From contig JAWODC010000090.1 of assembly GCA_046483495.1 (NCBI GenBank), positions 1 to 64,000 on the forward strand: a DNA stretch of 64,000 nt. Direction: 5' to 3'. Origin of the DNA: Desulfobacterales bacterium. GTDB taxonomy: Bacteria; Desulfobacterota; Desulfobacteria; Desulfobacterales; UBA5616. Each line of letters opens with the position of its first letter. Positions within the stretch are counted from its first letter, which is position 1. A program made the position numbers and the translations under genes. Below are positions 36,966 to 47,393 of this stretch, in pieces. Below the pieces are notes generated by a model. The model saw only the letters and a list, made by a program, of their open reading frames with translations. It was not told the DNA's origin and ran no database searches.

Positions 36966-37822
36966 GATGCCGTGTCCGGCAGGTACAGGCAGTAGGATGC
37001 CTCTTCTGCTTGTGTTTCACCGGTTTCCACCTGAATGGAGAGCAAAAGCGATTCCAGTGTGTCAACGGAAATTTGCAGGCTGTAAATCAGGGCTTCACGA
37101 AGCGATGCGCCCATGGCGACCAACTCGGCCATCATAAGGCTATGCCGGATGGAGACCCGCATTTCGATCTGGTCGTTGTTGCGAATACGGTTGACTATTT
37201 TCAAAATCCGATCCGCCGCGGCCGCATCGATTCGGGTTTTTCGGATGAGCACTTCCTTTTCTATGGGTTGGGGCAAATATTCGAGGTGAACCCTGTAAAA
37301 CCGGTCCTTCAAGGCCTCATCCAAATCGTCCGTGCCGCTGAATGTCTCCCCTTCATTCATGGTTGCAAAAAACATCACCCCCGGTGCGACCTTGATCAAG
37401 CCCAGTTCGTCGATCCATATACTTCGGTCCTCGGATAATACGCTGAACAGTTCGTTCAGCGCATGCGGGCTTTCGGTCCGATTGATCTCCTCCAGATGAA
37501 TGACGCAACCCGGCGTCTGAATGGCCTTTGGAAAAAGAAATTCCTGAAAGTACGTTTCTCCGGATCTGAGCCGCTGCTGCCCGAAAAGCTGCCCCGCCTC
37601 GAGAAGCAGTCCAATCTGAAAGGTCGCCATGGGCCTGGTGCAGATATGGGCGAATTGCCTGACCAGAGAAGATTTTCCGCAGCCCTGGTTTCCCGTTATC
37701 AGAATATTCACCGGATGCGTTTCAGACATCCGGTGAAATCGTGCGAGATTCTCTTTGTCCGCTTTCAGAATAAAAAAGTGGGGATCGGGATCGGGTACTT
37801 TCAACTGACCGGATAAATCCAT
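36962..37822 (-). CDS. Second AAA+ ATPase (paralog of 20083..20931)
   Basis: HPVNILITGNQGCGKSS, FPKAIQTPGCVIHLEEINR, LDEALKDRF. SD AGAAAGGA. Confidence 0.88.
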   Translation of the reverse strand: MDLSGQLKVPDPDPHFFILKADKENLARFHRMSETHPVNILITGNQGCGKSSLVRQFAHICTRPMATFQIGLLLEAGQLFGQQRLRSGETYFQEFLFPKAIQTPGCVIHLEEINRTESPHALNELFSVLSEDRSIWIDELGLIKVAPGVMFFATMNEGETFSGTDDLDEALKDRFYRVHLEYLPQPIEKEVLIRKTRIDAAAADRILKIVNRIRNNDQIEMRVSIRHSLMMAELVAMGASLREALIYSLQISVDTLESLLLSIQVETGETQAEEASYCLYLPDTAS

Positions 37823-37936
37823 TATCGGGTATCCTTTCTGAAATGGATCATATCGGTGAAAAGTATACTGCAAGAGGTGAAAAAAGGCAAATAACATTTA
37901 AAAATGGTGGATACGGCCGGCATTCAGCCGAAGCAT

Positions 37937-38683
37937 CTATCTCAACCCCCTGCTTTTCTTGATATCCTCATATGCGGCTTGTATCTCTTGAAATTTCTCG
38001 TTGGCAAACCGAATGAAGTCCTCCGGCAGCCCTTTCGATGCGATCTTGTCCGGATGAAAATCGCTGACCCGTTTGCGGTATCGATGTTTGATCATATCAT
38101 CCGAATCGTCGATAGTGCAGCCTAAAACCGCATAGGATGAGCCGGCGGCGCCTTTTGCATATTTTTGAAGAACGGATCGATAATACCGGCGGCTGAGATG
38201 AAATATGTCGACACCGGCCAGAACGAGTTTTTCTTTGTCATGCGTTATCCTTCCATCAGCCGAAGCAATACGAACGAGAATGTCGATCATCAATTCCAAA
38301 TACTGCGGCCGGTTTGCAAATTCGGCGTAAAATTGGAAGGCAAAGTCTTCAAAACGCCGGTCGGTATCCATGGCGGAATGAAAAATGTGCATGGCCGTGT
38401 TCCGGCCGAGCGCATCCAGGTTCAAATCGTCGACCATCAGACGTGTAACGGCATCCATCTCCTTCTGTTTCACCGGTCCATCCACACGGACCAGTTTGGC
38501 CAGCATGGAAAACGCCGCCACATAAAATATCGACTGCGGGGATTTTCGGCATGAAAGGCGCGGCTCGTCCATTTCCCCGGAAGCATCGAGTACATGTCCG
38601 AAGGCCGCTCCCGCTAAAGCCCCCAGGGGGCCTGCTACGGCAAACCCGATCGTACCGCCGACGATTTTCCCCACGACACCCAT
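37937..38683 (-). CDS. djlA: Co-chaperone DjlA (TerB + J domain)
   Basis: N-terminal GKIVGGTIGF..AGPLGA membrane anchor. J domain FHPDK...FQEIQAAYE. Confidence 0.88.
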   Translation of the reverse strand: MGVVGKIVGGTIGFAVAGPLGALAGAAFGHVLDASGEMDEPRLSCRKSPQSIFYVAAFSMLAKLVRVDGPVKQKEMDAVTRLMVDDLNLDALGRNTAMHIFHSAMDTDRRFEDFAFQFYAEFANRPQYLELMIDILVRIASADGRITHDKEKLVLAGVDIFHLSRRYYRSVLQKYAKGAAGSSYAVLGCTIDDSDDMIKHRYRKRVSDFHPDKIASKGLPEDFIRFANEKFQEIQAAYEDIKKSRGLR

Positions 38684-38813
38684 GTTCGAGACCCTTTAAA
38701 ACAACTGAAATAGAAGTTTTCCACCTATAAAAAACAGCTTCTGCTGTCAAGGGATAATCCGCCGTGTACGCTAGTGCAATCGGAGATCAGAAGGAAGAGC
38801 GGGATGGGACGAT

Positions 38814-39824
38814 TCAGATCGAATCCATAAAGAAGCGGTTGATCCGCTCCGTCTGCTCCCGGCCGATGACGGTATTGAAGCCCTCGAACCACCTCTCCGG
38901 CCGGGTTTCAACACCCGCCATCACGGAATCCCCTCTTCCGACGATATTGAAGTAGCGCTGCTGGGCCATGCGGCCGGCAAGGAGCGTACCGATAGGGTAA
39001 AGCGCCATGCCGTATCCCATCTCGTAGAGTTCACGCGGGCTCTTATAGGGGGTTTTCGGACTGCCTTCGATCATATTGGCGACAAGAACGACCCCGGAGC
39101 CCTTGAATGCATCGGCCGCCTGCAGCAGTTGGGATTCGCCTTCCAGAGCTTCTAGAAAAATGAGTTCGGCTCCTGCCTCCCCATACCGCAGGCCGCGACG
39201 GATTCCCTCGTTGAATCCGAGGGGTGATATGGCATCCGTCCGGGCCATTACAAGAAAATCGCTCTGACTGCCGGCATAGCTGACCGCCGGTTTCAGTCGA
39301 TACTCGATCATTTCTTCGGCGGATATGACCTGTTTTCCCGTTCCCCGGGCACCTTCCATGTGACCGCACGATTTATTGATCGCGTATTGATCTTCAAGTT
39401 GCACATACTGCGCGCCCTGTTTGTGCATTTGACGACAGGTGAGAACGACCGATGCCGCCTCATTGCCGTACCCGGTATCGATATCCACTCCAATGGGAAA
39501 GGCCGGTTTTCCCGTATCCAATGCGGCAAACCAGGTGGCCTGCTCGATAATGTTCGTTTGCTGAGCGACTTCCGCCCTGAGAATGTATCCCATGTCCGGC
39601 AGCCCGTACCCGGCGGCGCACAGATATCCGGAAACGAACGTAATGAAACCGCCGACAAATTCCGGCACGGCCGCCTGAGCCTCGAGCTCATAAATCGTAT
39701 GGTGGAGCTGCCGCGCCTCGTAGCCGTTTGCTACGCCGATGCCGATCAAAATCCGATCACCTTTTTTCTCGATCATCTCGCGCAGGTTCAACCGCTTCGC
39801 TTTCCATGAAATCTCAGCCTTCAT
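38814..39824 (-). CDS. Isocitrate lyase/PEP mutase family enzyme (PrpB/dimethylmalate lyase-like)
   Basis: GLPDMG, VDIDTGYG, QLEDQ..NKSCGH, VMARTDA. Confidence 0.85.
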   Translation of the reverse strand: MKAEISWKAKRLNLREMIEKKGDRILIGIGVANGYEARQLHHTIYELEAQAAVPEFVGGFITFVSGYLCAAGYGLPDMGYILRAEVAQQTNIIEQATWFAALDTGKPAFPIGVDIDTGYGNEAASVVLTCRQMHKQGAQYVQLEDQYAINKSCGHMEGARGTGKQVISAEEMIEYRLKPAVSYAGSQSDFLVMARTDAISPLGFNEGIRRGLRYGEAGAELIFLEALEGESQLLQAADAFKGSGVVLVANMIEGSPKTPYKSPRELYEMGYGMALYPIGTLLAGRMAQQRYFNIVGRGDSVMAGVETRPERWFEGFNTVIGREQTERINRFFMDSI

Positions 39825-40228
39825 TATGGATTCCCTTTCAGGATGCGTTTTGTTTCTTCTATCTGCTGCACTTTCACCACCAGGTATGTTCGATCGTTGC
39901 TTCCATGAACGGATGCATAAATGTAATCGATATTGATGCCGTTCTCGGCGAGAATGGCCGCTATATGGCCGGTTGCGCCGGGGGTATTTGGAATCGTAAC
40001 CAGGAATACATCCGCCTCGATAACCCGGAAACCGGCGGCTTTCAGGGCCCGGCGGGTCTCGTCGCCTTTTTCCGGGACAATCCGCAGGACGGCTTCTTCG
40101 ACCGTGTCGATCGCACAGACGGCATACAGATTGATCGACTGATCCGAAATCAATCGGCACAACTCCGCCAGTGCTCCGACACGATTTTCTAAAAACACGG
40201 AATACTGTTTGGCAAGTTGAAATTCCAT
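39824..40228 (-). CDS. Tandem ACT domain protein
   Basis: QYSVFLENRVGALAEL, IPNTPGATG..L.ENGINIDYIY. Confidence 0.85.
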   Translation of the reverse strand: MEFQLAKQYSVFLENRVGALAELCRLISDQSINLYAVCAIDTVEEAVLRIVPEKGDETRRALKAAGFRVIEADVFLVTIPNTPGATGHIAAILAENGINIDYIYASVHGSNDRTYLVVKVQQIEETKRILKGNP

Positions 40229-40232
40229 CAGT

Positions 40233-41546
40233 TTATTCTCCCCTGTCGGATTCGAGGAGGTGAAGGATTCCTTCCGCATGCCTTCGTGCCGCCCCTTGAT
40301 GGTCCAGCACCGCCTTTTTTGCTTTCCGCCCCAAATCACGTCTTTTCGTTTCATTCATCAGGTAAAACACGATTTTTTCAGCCAATTCTTCACCGCTCCT
40401 CACCAAAAAAGCATCCCCCACAGCGGCTTCGACGAGGTCTTTCGCCTCCTGGAAATCCTCCATGTAGGGTCCATAAAACACGGGTTTGCCCCAGACGGCC
40501 GCCTCCAGCAGGTTTTGTCCGCCAAGCGGCACCAGGCTGCCGCCGCAGAAAGCGACACTCGATACGCCGTATACGGCGGCGAGCTCACCGATGGTGTCCA
40601 TAATCGTGATGTTTGCGGTGCGCCGGGCGTGATGTCCATTGAATCCGGAGCGCAGTTGTGGATCGAATCCCCTTTCCACGGCGAGATCATAAATGGAGGA
40701 AGCCCGGTCGATGTGCCGGGGAGCGATAAAAAGAAGGGCTTCGGGAATTTTTCGACGGATCTTTTCATAAGCATCGAAAACGACGGACTCCTCGTTTTTC
40801 CTCGTGCTGCCGGCAACAATCACCGTTTCGTCACCCGTCAGGGAATAGATCCTGCGAATCCCATCAAGGTTTACGCGCAAATGATTTCGAATGAGCCCGT
40901 CGTACTTTGCATTGCCGTTTACGAACACCCTGTCGCGGGGAGCCCCTATTCTGCAAATTCTTTCGGCGTCTTCTTCATGAATCATGCTGAAGAAATCCAT
41001 GTGCTTCAGAATTTCCCGAAAAAACGGCAGAATCTTTTCATACCGCCTGCAGGATCGAACCGAAATCCGGCCGTTGGCCATAACCGTCTTAATGCCCGTC
41101 CGATGGGCTTCAACGATCAAGTTGGGCCAGATTTCCGTCTCGATGCACACCAGCATTTCCGGCTTTATGCAAGAAAGGGCTTTTTTAACGGCAAATGTCG
41201 CATCTACGGGTGCATACACCAAAGGAACGGCCGGCACTCTTTCCCTGGCAATCCCGTACCCGGTTTCCGTTGTCGTCGACAAGAACACCGAGGATTCCGG
41301 AGACAGGCGCTGAAGTTCTTCGGCAATCACCGCAGCGACGTTTACTTCTCCGACCGAAGCCGCATGCAGCCATATTCTGCGGCCGTCGGGCCTTAATTTC
41401 ACAATTTCCGGCGAATAAAATCCAAGCCGCTGATCCAGGCTTTGAGTATACCGTCCGCTCACATTCGAGTACACTTTCAATACCGGAAATCCCAGCAGGA
41501 AAACAAGATTCGTGAACTGCCGATAGATCGAATACAAGGGATTCAT
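40233..41546 (-). CDS. waaA: 3-deoxy-D-manno-octulosonic acid transferase
   Basis: IWLHAASVGE, ETEIWPN, NGRIS, APRH, DTIGEL, GGSL..GGQN.LE. Confidence 0.93.
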   Translation of the reverse strand: MNPLYSIYRQFTNLVFLLGFPVLKVYSNVSGRYTQSLDQRLGFYSPEIVKLRPDGRRIWLHAASVGEVNVAAVIAEELQRLSPESSVFLSTTTETGYGIARERVPAVPLVYAPVDATFAVKKALSCIKPEMLVCIETEIWPNLIVEAHRTGIKTVMANGRISVRSCRRYEKILPFFREILKHMDFFSMIHEEDAERICRIGAPRDRVFVNGNAKYDGLIRNHLRVNLDGIRRIYSLTGDETVIVAGSTRKNEESVVFDAYEKIRRKIPEALLFIAPRHIDRASSIYDLAVERGFDPQLRSGFNGHHARRTANITIMDTIGELAAVYGVSSVAFCGGSLVPLGGQNLLEAAVWGKPVFYGPYMEDFQEAKDLVEAAVGDAFLVRSGEELAEKIVFYLMNETKRRDLGRKAKKAVLDHQGAARRHAEGILHLLESDRGE

Positions 41547-41593
41547 TTTTCCCGGTCAACCTGTTGAATGCGTGTGGTTGGAAGAAGTCGGCA

Positions 41594-43408
41594 TCAGTAT
41601 TCAAGTTCCAAAAAACGGTTGTTGCGGATCTTCAAAAGATACAACCGTTTTCGTGCTTCACCCGTGTCGGTAAACGCCGTCAGTCCGGTGACCCCCTCGT
41701 AGTAAGGCATGCGGGCCAGGGCATCCTTTACTTCACTCCTGAGCGACATCGTATTTTCCGCCAATTGCGTAAACAGCATCATCGCGGTGTCATAGGAAAC
41801 GGCTTCTATGAAACCGGGGTCTTCCCCGTACGTGTTTCGATAATCGGAGACAAAGGCTTTCACAAGTGCCGATCGGCTGCCGACGAAAAAACCCTCCGTT
41901 AAAACGGCATTTTGGGCGTAACGTCCCGCCATTTTAATCAACTCATCCGAATGCCATAGATTTGTCCCCAAAAGAACCACATTTTCAACATCGTAATAAA
42001 GCAGCTGAGGAATGATCAACCCGGCCTTTTTAGGGGCATCCGGAAGAAAAAGGGCGTCGAAATCGACCGTAGGAAGGTCCTCTTCATTCGATTCATCCAA
42101 TGGGTCCGGCTCTTCGTTGGACACATCCGGCGACCCCGCACCGGGTTTTATATCTTCCGGAAGATCATAGTACGAGCCCGCCAACTTTCTAATCGGCGCT
42201 TCAAAATCCGTTTGGTCCAATTCATAGGATTCCGCACCGACCACTTCCCCGCCGTTTCGAAGCACTTCTTCCCAGAAGTAATTCATGAAAGACACGCCGT
42301 ATTTTTCTTTCGGATAGAGAATGGCAAACCGGCGGGCGCCAAGCTCATTGACAGCGTAGGAAACGAGGGTCTCAACCTGCATCCCGGGAGTGATGAAGTT
42401 TCGGAAAACAAAGTCTCCGGCCTCGGGAACACCGTCCATATGGGATAAGGCGATCATCGGAATGCCGTTTTCCTGGGCTGCCGCCGCTGCCGAATCGGCG
42501 GTGGCGATCGGGCCGATAATACAGGCGGCTTTTTCTTCCACCAGCTCCAAAACACAATTACGGGCCGTTTCCGCGTCGGATCGCGTGTCTTTGACAATGA
42601 TATTATAGTTGATTTGACGGATTTCGGAAAAGCGGTTCAAGGCCATCTCGATGCCCTTGAGCGCCCTGTTTCCGTAAACCTCGTAGGCCCCGCTCAAGGG
42701 CAGCAGGCATCCGATGGTGTCGGTTCGAATCGATTTTTCCTTGTAAATGGATTGCACCAGCTCAACATCTCTCGGATCTTTGAGCCTCAATGACAGCATG
42801 TGAAGATCCTCTGCAGACAGGGCGGAAACGACACTTTCAAGCCGGTCCATGACGGTCTGCCTTCCCAATGGCGATGATGCATGTCCTAAGGCGTTGACAT
42901 ACGCGTACGCCGCTTCGACAGGGGCATCCAAGGCAACGAAGGCATCCCCGACCAGGGTGGAAATTCTCATGATATGAATCGGTGTAAAGGCGGCACTCGG
43001 CAACTGAGACGATTGCTGGATCAGTTCGATATAGTTTTCCTGCCTGTACAGCATCGACAGCATTTCGACCCCGGCATCCGGCGCATAAACGGTATCCGGG
43101 TATGCCGATAAAATCCGTTCATATGCGTTGTAGGCCAGGGTGAAATCATTCCGAAGTTCATATATCCGGCCCATTTTCATCAGTGCAGCCGGAGCAAAGG
43201 GGGCATCGGGAAAGTGTTGGACAACGGCTGCGTATTGCGCAAGGGCTGCCTCGTAGTCGCCTTGTTGAAAGCGTTTTTCAGCCGCTGAAAACCGGTCTAA
43301 ACCCGTGTCAACGGGCGGAGCCGGTTTTTGGACAAGAGCGGGGCCGCAGCCGATTAATCCTAAAAAAATGATGTATAAAACCCCTGAACACAAACGTCTG
43401 AATGCCAT
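41594..43408 (-). CDS. Lipoprotein with TPR and periplasmic-binding domains (LpoA/LppC-like)
   Basis: Lipobox LIGC, TPR repeats, IGCLLPLSG, DFDALFLPD, GVTGLTAF..TG. Confidence 0.8.
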   Translation of the reverse strand: MAFRRLCSGVLYIIFLGLIGCGPALVQKPAPPVDTGLDRFSAAEKRFQQGDYEAALAQYAAVVQHFPDAPFAPAALMKMGRIYELRNDFTLAYNAYERILSAYPDTVYAPDAGVEMLSMLYRQENYIELIQQSSQLPSAAFTPIHIMRISTLVGDAFVALDAPVEAAYAYVNALGHASSPLGRQTVMDRLESVVSALSAEDLHMLSLRLKDPRDVELVQSIYKEKSIRTDTIGCLLPLSGAYEVYGNRALKGIEMALNRFSEIRQINYNIIVKDTRSDAETARNCVLELVEEKAACIIGPIATADSAAAAAQENGIPMIALSHMDGVPEAGDFVFRNFITPGMQVETLVSYAVNELGARRFAILYPKEKYGVSFMNYFWEEVLRNGGEVVGAESYELDQTDFEAPIRKLAGSYYDLPEDIKPGAGSPDVSNEEPDPLDESNEEDLPTVDFDALFLPDAPKKAGLIIPQLLYYDVENVVLLGTNLWHSDELIKMAGRYAQNAVLTEGFFVGSRSALVKAFVSDYRNTYGEDPGFIEAVSYDTAMMLFTQLAENTMSLRSEVKDALARMPYYEGVTGLTAFTDTGEARKRLYLLKIRNNRFLELEY

Positions 43409-43610
43409 TTTTCGTCCTATCTTTGCCGCTTAAAAATAACCTGCGCCGAAATCGGATAAGAGGAAAACCGACGAGGCTGTAGGGAAAAAGATCCTCAAGC
43501 GATCGAGTACGGCGGGAATTCACCGAAAATCCCGGCCCGTCCGAAGTCGACCTTTATATACACCAGGATATTCGTGTTTCACAACCCCTTTTAGTAGAAG
43601 GGCTTAATTC

Positions 43611-43753
43611 GGGTCCATCCAGAAACGGCTGATTCGCTCCATTTCGGCGTTGGCCGAAAAATTTTAATCCTCAAAATACATTATGTATTCCTGCGGTTAA
43701 AATTTACCGGCCGCCTTGAACTGAATCGAATTTTCTCATTTCCGGATAGACAC
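43611..43753 (+). mobile_element. MITE-like element, copy 2
   Basis: GGGTCCATCCAGAAACG...CATTTCCGGATAGACAC, colinear with copy 1. No clear target-site duplication. Confidence 0.82.
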
Positions 43754-43870
43754 GAATCCATCGGCGGCCATTATTTTATTTACAAAGACGCCGATCCATT
43801 TTAAATTGGCAGAAGGTTCTCAAAATAAATGATCTCAAAATAAATGGTTTTGCTTATCCGGACTCGAGGC

Positions 43871-44122
43871 GTGAAATCCACCGACGATAACGATTTTGTA
43901 AAAATTGCCGTTCTCGACAACATCATCGAGGCGCAAATGGTTATGTCCTTGCTCGACGAAGAAAATATTCCCTATTTGTTCCGATCCTTTCACGACACCG
44001 CCTATAACGGCCTGTTTCAGTTCCAGAAAGGGTACGGCGAAATTTCAGCTCCCAAAAAATTTGAAACAGATATACGTGAGATCATTGCACACATCAAGGC
44101 CGCCGGGGCAACCCGGCAATAG
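43871..44122 (+). CDS. DUF2007-like small protein
   Basis: KIAVLDNIIEAQ...LDEENIPY..RSFHDTAY.GLFQ.QKG.G. Start uncertain. Confidence 0.7.
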   Translation: MKSTDDNDFVKIAVLDNIIEAQMVMSLLDEENIPYLFRSFHDTAYNGLFQFQKGYGEISAPKKFETDIREIIAHIKAAGATRQ

Positions 44123-44160
44123 CCTCCCCAAGTGAACTGCCTGAGAAAAGGAGGTAAAAT

Positions 44161-45450
44161 ATGCCTGTAACGATCGATTCAACCACCTTCGACCGCGCAC
44201 TCAACGCCGGGCGACCGCCAAACGTGGCCAACCTGTTTCCCCATTCAAAGGCCCTGATTGTCAGCGGCAAATTTATCGACCGCGCCATGCTTGCCAAAGG
44301 CGGCGCGATTGCCATAGCCGCCAATGGACGCAATTATTTTGTCATTCGGGGCGCCCTGATCGCCGCTCAGCAGGCGAATTCCTGCCTTATCATCGAAATT
44401 GCGAAATCGGAAGGCGGCGCTAATGCGTATTGCGCGGTCAACTTTTGGAATATCGCCCGCATCGTGAATGCGCTTTGCAATGAACTGCACATCACGGTCC
44501 CCGTGGCCGTTCATGCGGATCATTACGGCATCAAAAACGATCAGGATATCGAAACGGCAAAAACCGAAATACCCTCTATGTTCGATGCCGGCATCACGTC
44601 CATCGCCATTGATGCTTCCCATATGACGGACGACAAAAACCTGCTGGCCGGTATTATGCTGAATCCGTATGTCCCCGCCTGGGCGGGACTTGAAACGGAA
44701 GTTGGTGAAATAAAAGGAAAGACCGGTCTTTCCACAGTCGAGGAGGCCCTGTTTTTGATCCAGGGGCTTAATGCCCATACGATTTTTCCCGATTGGATCG
44801 CCCTGAACAACGGCACCACCCACGGCATCGAGGCCGGCGAATTCGGAATTCAAGTGGATTTAACAACACAAATCCACGATGCCCTTCGTGATTATCATGT
44901 TTCCGGAGCCCAGCATGGGACATCGGGAAACAGTTCTCAGCGGTTGCGTGAAATCGCCTCCCGTACCCGGACCACCAAGGCGAATGTCGCGACATCGCTT
45001 CAGATGATCTCGTGGGGACTCGAAGTCAACGATTACGGAAATGCCATCCTCGATGATCAGGGGCGGTTTAAAAAGCTCCTCGATGCGGGCGTCTCCGAAT
45101 CGATGTGGGCCGAAATGGAAGCGTATGCCGACGCCCACTCCTTGAAGGCCGGCGACTACAAAAAGTTAAACATTGTTTTTGAAAACAAACTGTTGGGCCA
45201 GCCCAAGGCTGTCCGGGAGCGTATGACAAGCCGCGTCGCGGACTTCGTGTATAATCTGCTGGTAAACGTTTTCAATTCCCGGGATACGGCTCCGCTTGCC
45301 ATCGAACATATCCTGGATACGGGAATATATGATCCCGGTCCCAAGGCCGAACGCCTGGCGGATCCGAACGATTGGACACCTGCAAAAATCAGGGAGGGGG
45401 CATTGCGCATCGTCAGCGATAAAGGAGAGGCAGGAACTTTTGACGACTAG
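44161..45450 (+). CDS. fba: Class II fructose-bisphosphate aldolase
   Basis: VAVHADH, AIDASH, ETEVGEI, NNGTTHG, AQHGTSG, KANVAT. Confidence 0.85.
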   Translation: MPVTIDSTTFDRALNAGRPPNVANLFPHSKALIVSGKFIDRAMLAKGGAIAIAANGRNYFVIRGALIAAQQANSCLIIEIAKSEGGANAYCAVNFWNIARIVNALCNELHITVPVAVHADHYGIKNDQDIETAKTEIPSMFDAGITSIAIDASHMTDDKNLLAGIMLNPYVPAWAGLETEVGEIKGKTGLSTVEEALFLIQGLNAHTIFPDWIALNNGTTHGIEAGEFGIQVDLTTQIHDALRDYHVSGAQHGTSGNSSQRLREIASRTRTTKANVATSLQMISWGLEVNDYGNAILDDQGRFKKLLDAGVSESMWAEMEAYADAHSLKAGDYKKLNIVFENKLLGQPKAVRERMTSRVADFVYNLLVNVFNSRDTAPLAIEHILDTGIYDPGPKAERLADPNDWTPAKIREGALRIVSDKGEAGTFDD

Positions 45451-45970
45451 CCTATCCATCTATCTGCGCCCTATATCCTACTGTCATTTTTGCGGAAAAC
45501 GCCTTATCCGGAAAACCGTTGACGGCTATGAACGGTTGTTTTGCACTGCGTGCGGCATTCCGATTTATCAAAACCCCGTGCCTGCTACATGCGTTGTAGT
45601 CGTCGAGGAGGAGAACAACCTGCTCCTTGTGAAAAGAAGCGTCGAACCACGAATCGGTGAATGGTGCCTGCCGGGGGGATTTGTTGAATTGGGGGAGTTT
45701 CCGGATAAATCCGCACTGAGAGAACTGAAAGAGGAAACCGGATTATCAGGCTCGGCGATAAAGCTCCTTGGTGTTTCCACCAACCCCAGTATTCAATACC
45801 ATTCCATCCTCATGATCGGTTATCTCATCCGTCGATTCTCCGGAACACCCGTTGCCGGGGATGATGCCGCCGAAGTCGGGTGGTTTCCGTTAAACGACCT
45901 GCCGGAAATCGCCTTCGACAGCCATCGCCGATTCGTCCGGCAGTACCGGAACATGAAGCACCCGGCATAG
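45440..45970 (+). CDS. NUDIX hydrolase with N-terminal zinc ribbon
   Basis: YCHFCG...CTACG and Nudix box LPGGFVELGE...ALRELKEETGL. TTG start inferred. Confidence 0.88.
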   Translation: MTTSLSIYLRPISYCHFCGKRLIRKTVDGYERLFCTACGIPIYQNPVPATCVVVVEEENNLLLVKRSVEPRIGEWCLPGGFVELGEFPDKSALRELKEETGLSGSAIKLLGVSTNPSIQYHSILMIGYLIRRFSGTPVAGDDAAEVGWFPLNDLPEIAFDSHRRFVRQYRNMKHPA

Positions 45971-46068
45971 CTCAATGAAAAAGCCGGAGAAAACGGCGTC
46001 TTCCGTTGACCTTCCATACCCTCGGGCCGGACCGGCAGCCGGAGGCGGGCGGAACCCATCGACGGGTT

Positions 46069-46860
46069 CTATCCGAGCGCTTTTTTCGCTTCCCCCCAGA
46101 GGCGCTCCAACTGATCCCGGGGAACGTTATCAAGCCTGAGATTCTTTTTCCGAAGCTCTTTTTCCATAAACCGGAACCGCTTCTCGAATTTTTTCGTGGA
46201 GGCGGACAACGCCGTTTCGGGATGAATGCGGGCAAAACGGGCCACATTCACCAATGTGAACACGATATCCCCGAATTCCAGCATGAGTTTGTTCTTGCCG
46301 GATTTCTTCTCTTTCTCCAGCTCGGTTTTGAATTCAGCCCATTCCTCTTCTGTTTTTTCAATTACGCCGCCTATATCATCCCAGTCAAATCCACAGCCGG
46401 CGGCACGGTCCGAAATACGATACGCACGCATCAATGCAGGAAGCTTGCGCGGGACGGAGTCGAGAACGGATGGCTTCCTCCGGTCCTCCGGATGCTCCAT
46501 CGCCTTTATTCTGCGCCATTGTTCTTTTACCTCTCCAGCGGTTTCCACGGAAGCATCACCGAACACATGCGGATGACGGTGAATCATTTTTTCCCGGATT
46601 TTTTTTGTGACATCCGCCAACGTGAAATCCCCGGACGCGCCATACAGGCTGACGATAAACAACAGCTGAAACAAAACATCCCCCAATTCCTCACAGATGT
46701 CGGCGATAGAACCCGATTCGATGGCCTCGACCAGTTCGTATACTTCCTCAACCAGATAAACGGCCATGCTTTGGGGCGTTTGTTTTCGATCCCAGGGACA
46801 GCCCTTGTCCCCTCGAAGCGTCTCGATAAGATGAATCAGGTCGGATATGCCGGATGTCAT
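46069..46860 (-). CDS. mazG: Nucleoside triphosphate pyrophosphohydrolase MazG
   Basis: GCPWDRKQT, EELGDVL, RHPHVFG, GFDW. Confidence 0.95.
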   Translation of the reverse strand: MTSGISDLIHLIETLRGDKGCPWDRKQTPQSMAVYLVEEVYELVEAIESGSIADICEELGDVLFQLLFIVSLYGASGDFTLADVTKKIREKMIHRHPHVFGDASVETAGEVKEQWRRIKAMEHPEDRRKPSVLDSVPRKLPALMRAYRISDRAAGCGFDWDDIGGVIEKTEEEWAEFKTELEKEKKSGKNKLMLEFGDIVFTLVNVARFARIHPETALSASTKKFEKRFRFMEKELRKKNLRLDNVPRDQLERLWGEAKKALG

Positions 46861-47393
46861 ACGGTGTGCTTTCCGGTTTGCCAGGATTTTTTCAAGGCGT
46901 CAAATTTGCTCCTGAACTCTTTTTTCATATCATCCGGCACAATCAAAACGAATTTCTCGGAAATCACCATCGCATGCCGGGCCAACTGAGATTCCCGGAT
47001 AATTACAGTTCCTTTTGGGAGAAATGTGGTCAACATGAAAACGATAACGGAAACGATGAGAATTCCCTTAATGAACCCGAATCCGGATCCGAAAATACGG
47101 TCGAACCATCCCAGATGGGCGATTTTCAGGACATATTTGATCAGCACCCCAATAGCGGCAACGAGAATGAGCACAAAAAAGAATATCAGCAAAAAACCCA
47201 GAATATGGCGGTACGCCGGGTTGGATATCCACTTTGAAAACAGGCTTCCCACATGCGAATAGTAGGTGTAAGCACCGTATAAACCGGCGATTACACCGGT
47301 GATGGACGCCAGCTCCTTAACCAATCCCCGGAAAATACCCCGTATAAGACAGAATCCAACGATCACCAATATGATAATATCCAGTGGGTTCAT
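46857..47393 (-). CDS. cvpA: CvpA family membrane protein
   Basis: MNPLDII...RGIFRGLVKE, DRIFGSGFGFIKG. Confidence 0.88.
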   Translation of the reverse strand: MNPLDIIILVIVGFCLIRGIFRGLVKELASITGVIAGLYGAYTYYSHVGSLFSKWISNPAYRHILGFLLIFFFVLILVAAIGVLIKYVLKIAHLGWFDRIFGSGFGFIKGILIVSVIVFMLTTFLPKGTVIIRESQLARHAMVISEKFVLIVPDDMKKEFRSKFDALKKSWQTGKHTV

